A stretch of 63,344 bases of DNA, counting the filler, from Folioceros fuciformis (Eukaryota), in the NCBI GenBank assembly GCA_049999805.1. It is 31 parts of 31 records of this genome, joined end to end, with 100 filler letters (N's around TTAATTAATTAA, not from the genome) between each part and the next. Parts side by side here need not be neighbours in the genome. Positions count along the whole stretch, not along the records: positions 21,996 to 23,551 come from JBNGIO010004760.1; positions 23,652 to 25,007 come from JBNGIO010004761.1; positions 25,108 to 26,314 come from JBNGIO010004762.1; positions 26,415 to 27,795 come from JBNGIO010004763.1; positions 27,896 to 28,944 come from JBNGIO010004764.1; positions 29,045 to 30,278 come from JBNGIO010004765.1; positions 30,379 to 32,651 come from JBNGIO010004766.1; 24 more parts are not named here. One strand, given 5' to 3'. Both the position numbers and the translations under genes were made by a program. This document shows positions 21,996 through 32,751 of this stretch, piece after piece. The notes below the pieces were generated by a model. It saw only the letters and a program-made list of their open reading frames with translations, did not search any database and had not been told where the DNA came from. The stretch's first letter is position 1; each line of letters begins with the position of its first letter.

Positions 21996-23551
21996 AAGGA
22001 TGGTTACGAGGGGGTGTGTCCTTTCACTAGGCTGCTAGTTAACTAACTACCAACTAGCTAAGTCTAGTTTGACTAATCCACATTGGGTCTGGTCTAGTCG
22101 ACCTTAACCAACGCAGTCTGCACTATTTCTAACTCTCCCTCTCAGACACGTTGAGTTATCTGAGATCTCCGTAAAACAAAAGGAGACCACTCGTTGTCGG
22201 AGTCTTGCAATGTGCTACAGTCTTCCACTCGCCCGTCTCAACTCGCGGTCATACTCCCTCGCGCTGAGGCTGGCTCTCCAACGGCTCACGGAGTAGTACA
22301 CCAGTTGTGGCCAGGGCAGAAGCAAGCTGTCTGCAACAACTGTCAACTTCAAGTGATGGAACAAAAGATGATAAGCCTCACCATATGAGTGACTTGTCTA
22401 GCGTCATAAAGCTACTACAGTCTACTAATCCAAGCCCTTCTCTGTGGAAGCAGTGTTTAAACTTGGGCAAGGATTTGGTCAGCATATCTGCTGTGTCGTC
22501 GTCTGTTGGTACATATTGTACCTTTACTATTCCCCTTTCTGCAGCATCACAAATATAGTGATGTTGAATCCCTATGTGTTTTGTGTGTGCATGGAACACG
22601 GGGTTAGCAACTAAAGCAATTGCTGACATATCATCACAGTTAAGTATTGTTGGCCCTTCTTGCGTCATACCCAGATCCTCACATAGCTTCCTTTCCCATT
22701 AAGCCTCTTTGGTGGCTTCAGTGAGAGCCTTGTACTCCGATTATGTTGATGAAAGTGATATGGCTGCTTGTTTTCTACAAGACCAATTAACAACAGTGGA
22801 GCCAGCAAGAAAGCAATATGCTGAGATACTTTTCCAGGTGTCAGCGTCCGAAGCCCAATCTGCATCCACATAACATGTAAGCAGGAGGCGCTTCTTTCCG
22901 CTAGGTTTGTAGCATAGGCCATAATTTTGAGTACCCTTGAGGTACCGCATGATGAGTTTGAGAGCAACCCAGTGATCCCTCCCTAGATTCTTTGAGAACT
23001 GAGCAACAGCATTCACGATGTTTGAGATGTCTAGTCTTGTCTGATTACTCAAGAACATGAGAGTGCCAACTCCCATGCGGTAGGGCACATTCTCCATCTC
23101 CTTCTTGTCCTCTTCTGCTTGAGGGCAGGAAGCAGATGAAAGCTTAACACCAACGGCACCTGGTGTGGCTGCCGCTCGTGCGTTCTCCAAGTTGAAGCGT
23201 TTTAGCATACCAGCTACATATCGTCCTTGATGAAGATACATAGCTCCAGTGCTATCTCTATGTACATGCATTCCATGAATATATCTAACTTTGCCGAGAT
23301 CCTTCATCTCAAATTCTTTGCTCAGATCAGCTTTTATCTTGTTGACCAATTCAACATTATTGCCTGAAATTACTAAGTCATCAACATATAGGGCAACAAG
23401 TACAAGTGAGCTATCCTGACGAAGTACATAGATGTTAGTATCTCCTTCACTTTAGACAAACCCCAACTTCTTGAGATAAGAATCCATTCTCTCGTACCAT
23501 AAGCGTGGGCTTTGCTTAAGTCCATATATTGAGCGGAGTAGTTTACACACC
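21996..23551 (-). mobile_element. Ty1/copia RT-RNase H, PPT and LTR start
   Basis: LYVDDL, EMKDLG, YVDADWA, ADMLTKSL; purine tract near 22135-22144. Confidence 0.92.
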
Positions 23552-23651
23552 NNNNNNNNNNNNNNNNNNNNNNNNNNNNNNNNNNNNNNNNNNNNTTAAT
23601 TAATTAANNNNNNNNNNNNNNNNNNNNNNNNNNNNNNNNNNNNNNNNNNNN

Positions 23652-25007
23652 CTGCCTCTGTGCCTGTAGTATCTGCACAGTTTACACCACAGGATCAAAA
23701 TCATGAACTTCCTATTCCTGATGCTAAGGTGGTGGACTCCCTACTAGCTTAAGAACATCGATTTGAGGATAGCTCACATTCACATCTAGACACTTCGCTT
23801 TCACCCCTTGATACTCAAGACGCTACTGACGGGTTGGAATCTACTCAGCAAACAACTTTTGAGTCTCACAAGCTGGATATTGCTGAGGAACTAGCCGCAG
23901 AGCCAGAACCAGTTGTTGAGGAGCAAAGGTATCCCAGTAGATCCCGTTCATCAAGGGAAAACTGGAACACAAGACCCTATGAACCTGAAGATTTCAGGAT
24001 CCCTCAATCAGCTCGACTTTGTGAAGCCCTCTCCACTAATACCCTTTCTCCAGCAGAACCTCGCACATATCAAGAGGCTATAAATGGTTCGGACAAGCAT
24101 CATTGGATCCCTTCAATTCAAGACGAGTATAATTCATTGATGAAGAACGAGACATGGGAGCTCTACCCTTTACCTGCCAGGAGGAAAACAATGAGCTGCA
24201 AATGGGTAATCAAACACAAGCTAAATGCTCAGGGAGAAATAGCACAATACAAATCACGATTAGTTGCTCGAGGCTTCTCCCAAGTTGCTGGTGTGGATTT
24301 TAATGAGACATTCAACCCTGTTGTCAAGACACAGACAATCAAGATGATACTGGTCCTTGCAGTTGCTAAAGATTGGGATCTTGAATAGATGCATGTGTCA
24401 ACCGCTTTTCTATATGGAGAGCTTGAAGAAGACATCTACATGGATTAGCCTAAGGGTTTTGTGGATCCCGAACATTCAAATTGGGTTTGCAAATTGAATA
24501 AGACACTATACGACTTGAAGCAAAGCGCTCGTGAGTGGTACAGATGCATAGATAAGTACCTCAAGTCAATAGGCTTCATCCAGAATCCAGCTGACTCCAA
24601 CGTGTATATCTATTCCAAGGGTGGTCGCTTGGTTGTCCTAGCACTCTACGTGGATGATGTTATACTAGCATCCAACAACAGAGAATTATTAGACTGGGTG
24701 AAAGGTATGCTGCACAAGGAATATGATATGAAGGACATTGGACAACTTACCTTTGTCCTTGGTGTTCAGCTATTGAGAGATAGGCCCAATCACACACTAA
24801 TTCTGCACCAAACCAAATATATTGGTGAGACTCTTCGACGCTTCAACTTGTAGGATGCTAAAACTATAAGCACACTAGGAAGCATTGGGGTTAAACTCTC
24901 TGCTCAACAGTGCGCGCAAGACGATCATGAACGCGAAGTCATGAGCCAGATCCCTTACCGGCATGCTGTGGGCTGCCTTAACTACATAAGCTGTTGGACT
25001 AGGCCTG
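23652..25007 (+). mobile_element. Ty1/copia INT-RT linker and RT, with premature stops
   Basis: EPRTYQEA, CKWVIK, KSRLVARGFSQ, LYVDDV. Confidence 0.93.
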
Positions 25008-25108
25008 NNNNNNNNNNNNNNNNNNNNNNNNNNNNNNNNNNNNNNNNNNNNTTAATTAATTAANNNNNNNNNNNNNNNNNNNNNNNNNNNNNNNNNNNNN
25101 NNNNNNNA

Positions 25109-25830
25109 AGCAATTGGGCAGAGAAGCAGTATCATCGCAGCAGCATGTGCTTACCTTGAGTGGGAGCAACTTCAAGGTTCCTTCTTCTGCAAGTTCAAGC
25201 ATGCATCAGTATCTCGCGGATGAAGCAAAACAATGACCTAATCGTCAGCCACTGGAGCATACAGAGTAAGTAGAGAAGTCCCACCTTCATTTTCTTCCTC
25301 TTTTCCTCTGCAGTAGTCGGCCATGGCTTCACTGGAAAAGGCCTCACGTTCACCTTTTGAGGCTGCGTCGTTCTCCTCAATCCCGCTCTCTTCCACACTT
25401 GATTTTTCCTTTCTGTATGCATCCCGGACTCTGTCCAAGTTCGGCACCCTTCTGCATCCATGCCCGTCGTCCCCGCCTGTCAGTCCCTACTCCTTGTTCT
25501 GACCATCCTCGCAAGCACGCAAGCTAACACCCGCAGCAGCTGGTAGGCGATGAAGAGCATCAACGCCCAGAACACTATCTCCATTACCGCCATCGTGATC
25601 TAACCAGGCTAGATTAACCGACGCCCCGCATTTCTGAAGAGTTTCTTAATTTAAGCCCTGCTAGGTTAAGTGGGAGTGTTTCAATAATCCTTTATATAGA
25701 TAACCTACCAGGGTTAACTAGACGACCTATGTTTTAGTTAGTTAGATAATATTATGTATATATACAATTTTGTTTCTGACCTTTCAATTTTTTTAGTTCA
25801 CTCTTTTGTTGATTGCTGTGAGCACTATCC
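25109..25830 (+). mobile_element. Copia-type 3' region, PPT (25668-25676) and 3' LTR
   Basis: AAGTGGGAG-TGTTT, the same PPT as the copia elements at 17629 and 21175, followed by an AT-rich LTR-like segment. Confidence 0.65.
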
Positions 25831-26414
25831 TCTTGCGTGTTCGTTCGACGTCACCCACGCTCGAGGGTATCAATCAGGCCACACTGAATGATGTTGCTCC
25901 ACACTCCCTACGAAGTGTCGTTACCTTGGCTTATGGCGTGTGCTCCTCGAGCTGCTTCCCAATTCATTGGGCTCCTGCTCCCCAAATCTGGTGCTCCACT
26001 GTGTGCTTGCACTACTGATGTCATCGCCAAATCCCCTACCTGGTACCCTACTTCAACTATTGGCTGGCTTGGTCCAAGATCCCTCACTATCTCCATCTCA
26101 GTTGGGGTGGAATCTAGGGCTGCGGGGGTGGTGACTGATGGTAGCCTTCGGTCCCTTTGCTGCTCCCTAGGTCTCCGTATCAACGGGGTGTCATCTTCAT
26201 CAGACTCATCATAGGTTGTCATGGCTGATTTGGAATCAAGTGGGGACTCCTCATCCGTAAGAGGGGTTGTGGACTCCACATGCTGAACAGACCCCTGGGA
26301 AATGATAGGTTTTCNNNNNNNNNNNNNNNNNNNNNNNNNNNNNNNNNNNNNNNNNNNNTTAATTAATTAANNNNNNNNNNNNNNNNNNNNNNNNNNNNNN
26401 NNNNNNNNNNNNNN

Positions 26415-27795
26415 TAGGTCAGGATAGGTTAGGTTTAGGTCAGACCTAGGTTAGGTTAGGTTTGGGTTAGACTTAGGCTAGGTCTAGGTTAGATTTGGGT
26501 TAGGTTTAGGTCAGATCTAGGTTAGGTCATACCTAGGTCAGGTTTAGGTCAGAACTTGGTTAGGTCAGAGAGAGGAGGTAGGGTAATTGATTCAGGTTAA
26601 CCCTAGTAGACAGAGATAGAGGGTAGGCAGATAAGAGGGGAGACCTGCCATTGAGAGGGGGCGGTCTATGGTGAGAGGTCCCTGGATTTTGTGGGTAGAA
26701 CTCCTGGCTTAGGGCGCTGAGCCGGTTGAGGTCGACCTAAAGTCTTGATTCCCCTTGCCACTAGGGGAACGTGGGGGGGATCTCGGGGCTGTCAAGATCC
26801 GTGTGGCCGGATCCGCAAGGGCTACATGATTCGCAAGTTGGCTGAACTGAAGGAACATGACCGTGAGCTGAAGGGCTATCCAGTCCTAGATCCACACTAT
26901 GCTTGAAGGCTGCAAGAAGTGAAGCCATTGTGCCCTAATTTCCAAGGGGGAGAGCTGAAGAAAAGGGAGGAAGAGTTGGAGTGGAATGCATAGAAGTGAA
27001 GAGTGAGCTCCTGAAGAGTAGGAGTGTGTGTTGAAGTGAAGGGTGAAGGACTGAAATGAAGAGGAAGGGACTGAAGTAGGAATCTTGGAGGACTGAAGTG
27101 AAGAGGAAGGGACTGAAGTGGGAATCAAGAAGAGCTGGAGGACTGAAGAACAGGAGTGTGAGTTGGGTGAGCTGACTTAGGGGGTAGGCTAGGCTTCTAG
27201 CCCTTTTGCTGTGAGTATATAGACAGACCTATAGACCGGCTGATAGGTAGAAGTGTGATAGGTAGTGTTCCTTAGCACTAGTTCACTCCCTTGGGAGCGA
27301 ACCATAGGACTGCAACGACAATAGGGGAATGTGTGGCACCTTGGGTGGTTCTTGGGTGCAAGAAATCATTCCACACCTGATCTTCAAAGATCTGCGGACG
27401 CTACCCCTTCCTTGCTGGATGGTCGCCCGCTAAGCCTTCCTCTACAACTGTTCCCCCTTGGTGGCTGAGCCTGCTTCCAAGAGAGGAGTATGAGCAGAGG
27501 GAAAGATAGAAAAGAGGTGGGAAGGAGTGGGATCAGCAGCCGAAAGCTGGCCTGAAACGGCAGGTTATTCAGTAGAATCAGCTTCCAATCGAATTGGTTC
27601 CTCGGCCATGGAAGACTGACCCTGGGGTGCTGGAATAGGTCCCGAACTAGGAGGGAAAGAAAGGAGGTGTAACAGAGTTGGGTTGGAACTTATGGAATTA
27701 AATCCAGAAAACTAGGGGTGAAAATAGAAAAGAGAAAATTAGGAAAATAAAAAGAAAGAAATATGGGAATACATATACGATATACATATCAATAC
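26415..27795 (+). mobile_element. Non-coding internal region of an LTR element with a degenerate TTAGG-like tract, PPT and 3' LTR start
   Basis: TTAGG/TCAGG/CTAGG tract at 26415-26570; purine tract 27649-27667 followed by TGTAACAG at 27668. Confidence 0.55.
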
Positions 27796-27895
27796 NNNNN
27801 NNNNNNNNNNNNNNNNNNNNNNNNNNNNNNNNNNNNNNNTTAATTAATTAANNNNNNNNNNNNNNNNNNNNNNNNNNNNNNNNNNNNNNNNNNNN

Positions 27896-28320
27896 TATCC
27901 GGCTATGCATTACTACTAGGAGGTGCATCCATTTCATGGTCAAGTAAGAAACAACCAACTATTGCTTTGTCCAGCACAGAGTCAGAGTATAGGGTCCTCA
28001 CCTCAGTTTCCAAGGATATAGTCTGGAGTAGATTAGCATTGAGTGAGCTGAATTATCCCCAGGATGGACCTACACCTCTCTACTGTGATAGTCAGGGGGC
28101 TATTGCCTTAGCTAGGAATCCTGTTTTCCACTCCAGAACTAAACATATAGCAGTCGAGTATCATTACATACGGGAAATGTTGGAAAATAAAACAATAGAT
28201 ATCAATTGTATTCCAACTCAAAACAATCCAGCCGACCTCTTAACCAAGTCATTAGGAAGATACTTGCATTTAAAACAAATGAAAATGTTAGGAGTACAAG
28301 AGGTTAAGCCAGCTAACTAG
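27896..28320 (+). mobile_element. Ty1/copia RNase H, intact C-terminus of pol
   Basis: SWSSKKQ, SSTESEY, YCDSQGAIAL, HSRTKHI, ADLLTKSL, stop at 28318-28320. Confidence 0.95.
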
Positions 28321-28337
28321 TGGGTATTTTTAAACTT

Positions 28338-28944
28338 TTATAATCCACAAAGTTTATCTAGCATGTCTATTTCCTCTTCTATCTCTAAGTAATCATTATT
28401 GTACTCCTTATCGTCTCTCTCTAATGCCCAAAAGGACCCTACAAAACACCCCATGGGTTAAAAGAAGAAAAATGGTGTTGAGTTAATTATTATAAAGTTA
28501 GGTCACTTACTATATAAGTGCTTGGTGTGTCCTTCGTACTCTTCACAAGGATATGCACCTAACCACATCATTTTTATCCCTCTTTTCTCACATATGTATT
28601 CCATGGGGACCTCGTGGTCGTCTTTTCCTCCAGGGAGCACCATGTAGTTTTCTCTATATAGGTTTCCAGCTGGTAAATAGGAGTTTGGAATTTTCCTTTT
28701 AACTTTTGTTATAGGTTGTAGAGGTAGGGCAAATCTCACATGATTTGTCCCTACCCCTTTTTCCACATCTGCAAAATAGATGAATATAAGTTTATCATAG
28801 GTAATAGTTAGTAACTAGCCTACCTATAGTCTTTTATATTTACTCACATTCTTTTTCCCTAGCTCCTATTTCTCCTATGTCGGCGCTAGCTTGTGCTCTC
28901 CAGCTTGGGCTGCCTTCACACACAGCCTGCTGGGGGCCTTCGTC
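28338..28944 (-). CDS. Spliced antisense gene, 5'-partial: exons 28944-28848, 28768-28511, 28438-28338 (151 aa visible), product unknown
   Basis: Introns GTGAGT...TACTAAC...TTTTGCAG (79 nt) and GTAAGT...TTTTGTAG (72 nt); both phase 1, and the joined exons read without a stop. Confidence 0.75.
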
Positions 28945-29044
28945 NNNNNNNNNNNNNNNNNNNNNNNNNNNNNNNNNNNNNNNNNNNNTTAATTAATTAA
29001 NNNNNNNNNNNNNNNNNNNNNNNNNNNNNNNNNNNNNNNNNNNN

Positions 29045-30278
29045 TTCCAACTGGATCCCCTTCCTTCATCCTAAGACTATGGAATTGTTCTCTGACATGA
29101 ATCAAAGTGCAGACATTTTGTACTTGGTATGTATCTACCAACTGTTTCCAGACAGCCTCAGCTATCTCTAGAAACTCAACTTCAGTGACTGTTGTCTCAT
29201 CAAGTCCACTCAGAAGTATGGCAAAAGCAATTTTGTTCCCTTTGTTCCACTTAGCTTTCTCATCAGCTGTGGGTTGCTGTGCGTCAGTGGATGGGACAAG
29301 ATTAGGATTTTGGACTGATCCATCTACGTACTCCCACACATCACGTGCATTCAGGTTGGCTTTCATTCTGGCTTTCCAGCTTCCAAACCTAACAGGTTTC
29401 TCGTCAAAACAATCCTTTTCCTTGAATTCTCCAGTGTAGGATGAACCAGCTGTAACGTTAGTACCCATGTTGCTAAGAGGGGGTAACAGGGGTGGTGTAG
29501 GTTGATGCTGCAGAAATGCCGGAAGAACAAAGAAAGGGAACTGCGATGCAAGAGGCTGTAGAAAAACCTCCTCTGCATCCGAAGATTCGTCTACCTCACT
29601 ATCAGACTCAGTATCCCAATGCAAAGACATGAAACGGTAAGTAGCAAACTAATGATGTTTCATTAGGTCAGCATCGGTTCAAAACTAAGCATGATATGAA
29701 ACGCTGTTTTTAGGGCACAAAACCTACTCAAAGACAGCGTTTGGTGATAGATGTCAAGCACAGCCAACCGTCATGTCAGATGAACGTGACGGTTGAGAGT
29801 AGGTTGCTGGCCTCCAGCGCCTGGCGCTGGCTGACGCCCTGCACCAGCGTTGGGGCGCCCACCTGCGCTAGATCTGTGGCAGATCAAGCCGCCTCAGATG
29901 CTTGTCTCCCTTGAGGAGAAGCAACAGACTGATCTCTCAATGTTGATTGGACATCCAGCAAGGTTGAAGCAGAATTGAGACCTCTTGCTGCAAATTCCGC
30001 ACGTAGACTTGAGAGAGTTAGCCTTGTCTCACGATTGTCTTCTAACACAGGGGTCTCTTGTCGATGTGCAGCCGTTCGCCTTCTACATTCAGCCCTGTGC
30101 TGACTTCTGTTGAGAGGAGGATTGAGCTGTGACTCAAAGATCAACTCAGGTAGCCTTTAAGAACGACTAGAGGAAGGGTAAGATGCCTCTGTCTGATAGC
30201 TATGTGAATTCCAGCCAGCTGACTGACACCCAGCCCTGTGATCGCAGAAATTCACAAGAGCCCGATGAGGACGATTGG
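29045..30278 (-). mobile_element. Ty1/copia gag N-terminus with long leader and degenerate upstream ORF (29884-30144)
   Basis: FKEKDCF...WKARMKANL...VWEYVDGS, LRMKEGD (UBN2-type gag). Confidence 0.88.
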
Positions 30279-30378
30279 NNNNNNNNNNNNNNNNNNNNNN
30301 NNNNNNNNNNNNNNNNNNNNNNTTAATTAATTAANNNNNNNNNNNNNNNNNNNNNNNNNNNNNNNNNNNNNNNNNNNN

Positions 30379-32651
30379 TGGTGCTTGATTCCTGGTCATT
30401 GGGAGGCTGAGTGTAGGAAGAAAAAGGCTGGTGAGCCTAAAAGGACTGCACCACTTGAAACCAATGTGGTACTTCGGAAAACCAACACCATACTTGCAGT
30501 TTGCCTTGTCTCATCTGCATCAGAAAAACACATCTGGTTCTTAGACTCCAGAGCCTCTGCACATATCTGTCATACCAAAGATTCTTTTGACAACTATAGA
30601 CCTGTGCAACCTGGACAGTCTATCAAGCTGGGGGATGACATAGGTCTTACAGAGGTACTGTTCCAGTTGTTCTTGCAGATAAGACTACCATCCATCTTCG
30701 TGATGTATTACATGTGCCTGACATGGCAAAGAATCTAGTGTTTATATGTAGGTTCACAGCTCAACATCTCCTTGACATCTCGTTCAGTGGAGATGAATGT
30801 CACATTACTGACCCACAGTTTGGAAATAAAGTAGTTGCACTTGGTACCCCGCTGCATGACCTGTACAAGGTCAACTTTACCTCTAAGTTTGGCACACGTC
30901 CTACAAGAGCACATGTGCATATCAGTCAAGAGGAAAAACAACAGCAGCAGGCCATGTTATGGTACTGCCGCCTGGCACATGTCAATTTTGACAAACTAAA
31001 AACCATGGTGACCAGTAACAATCTGTATAGAGAAAAATTTATGCTCAAGTTTGCAGACAAGCAATTCTGCGAATCATGTGTCTTCGGCAAACACAAGCGG
31101 CTACCTTATGTTGATAAGAATCCTACAAGAGCAACTAAGTTGCTGGAGCTTGTACATACCGACTTATGTGGCCCCATGTCCACAGCCACCTTTGGAGGTG
31201 CGCTCTATATTCTGTCTTTTCTAGATGACTGGAGCCGCTATGTGGTTGTATACCTGCTCAAACACAAAAGCCAAGCCTTGAGCTGCTTCCAGGAGTACGT
31301 TCCCTATGCACAAAGACAAACAGGCCAACTGATCAAGTGCCTTAGCAGTGATGGAGGAGGTGAACTCTGTTCAAATGCTTTTGAGGAATATTGTAAGGAG
31401 TTGGGGATAAGCAGATAGTACACTGTACCTTACACATCTTCTCAAAACCCTCTTGCTGAGTTGAACAATAGACACCTTCAAGAAGCCGCTAAGTCTATGC
31501 TTCAGTTTTCTGGTTTATCACGGGGTTACTGGGGTGAGGCAGTTGCAATAGCTGCATATGTCAGAAACAGGCTACCCACAAAAGCCTTTGAGGGTGCCAC
31601 TCCATTTCAGAGATGGACTAATCATAGACCAAGGATCAATCATCTGAGGATCTTCGGGTCGCCTGCGTATGCACACCTTGCAGAAACACAACGCAGAAAG
31701 TTAGATTACAAATCACGTAAGTATGTGTTTATTGGTTACACAGAAGGAGTCAAAGGTTACAAATTATATGACCCTGTGTCTAGAACCATCACACATGCTC
31801 GCAGTGTAATCTTTAATGAGCAGCTGCTGTTACATCCACCTACAGCCTATACACCTCAACAGAATCCTATCTCAGACCAAACTGATGAGTCTCATGACAT
31901 CACCTTAGAAATTGGGACTACGTCTACATCTCAGACTAGTGCACAGCAGCAGCAGATTAGCGTACCCCAGTCCTCTACACCATCATCCAGTCAGGCCCCA
32001 CACCCATCTATGTATACTGACCTGTCAGATGACGATGAGGAGCCAAGTGTGTTCCCTAACAATGATAGTGATGAGGAGGAGCCAGTCTCCTTTGAATCTG
32101 TGCACAATGCAAGTGACAGTGAGGAAGATCAGCCACATACAGAAACTGCAGCAGCAGAAAGTGCAGAAAGTACACCAAATGAGGAACCTGAACTCAGAAG
32201 GAGCAGTCGGGTGCATACCTCATCTCCAGATGAGTGGAAGGAGCCCCGTCTTACATATAAAACCTTTCTAGTCCAAGAGGATGCTGATCCCATGGATGCA
32301 TGAGATCCTCAGTCATATCAAGAGGCCCTAAATTCACCAGACCAAGTAAAATGGAAGGAGGCCATAGAGTCTGAGTATAAATCTATTATGGATAACAAAA
32401 CGTGGGTTCTTGAGGATCTCCCTGCAGGAAGGAAGGCTGTGACATGCAAGTGGGTCTTTAAGACCAAGTTGGCGGCAGATGGGTCCATAGCCCGATACAA
32501 AGCAAGACTTGTAGCACGTGGCTACAGTCAGGTAGAAGGGTTAGATTATACGGAGACTTTCTCTCCAGTGGTGAGGGCCACATCTGTCCGTGCATTGCTG
32601 GCCTTGGCTGCTCAGAATGATTTCCTGTTACAGCACATGGATGTTAAAACC
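30379..32651 (+). mobile_element. Ty1/copia knuckle end-PR-INT-RT, degenerate
   Basis: WFLDSRASAH, LVHTDLCGPM, SDGGGE, KARLVARGYSQ; frameshift near 30650-30714 and stops. Confidence 0.95.
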
Positions 32652-32751
32652 NNNNNNNNNNNNNNNNNNNNNNNNNNNNNNNNNNNNNNNNNNNNTTAAT
32701 TAATTAANNNNNNNNNNNNNNNNNNNNNNNNNNNNNNNNNNNNNNNNNNNN

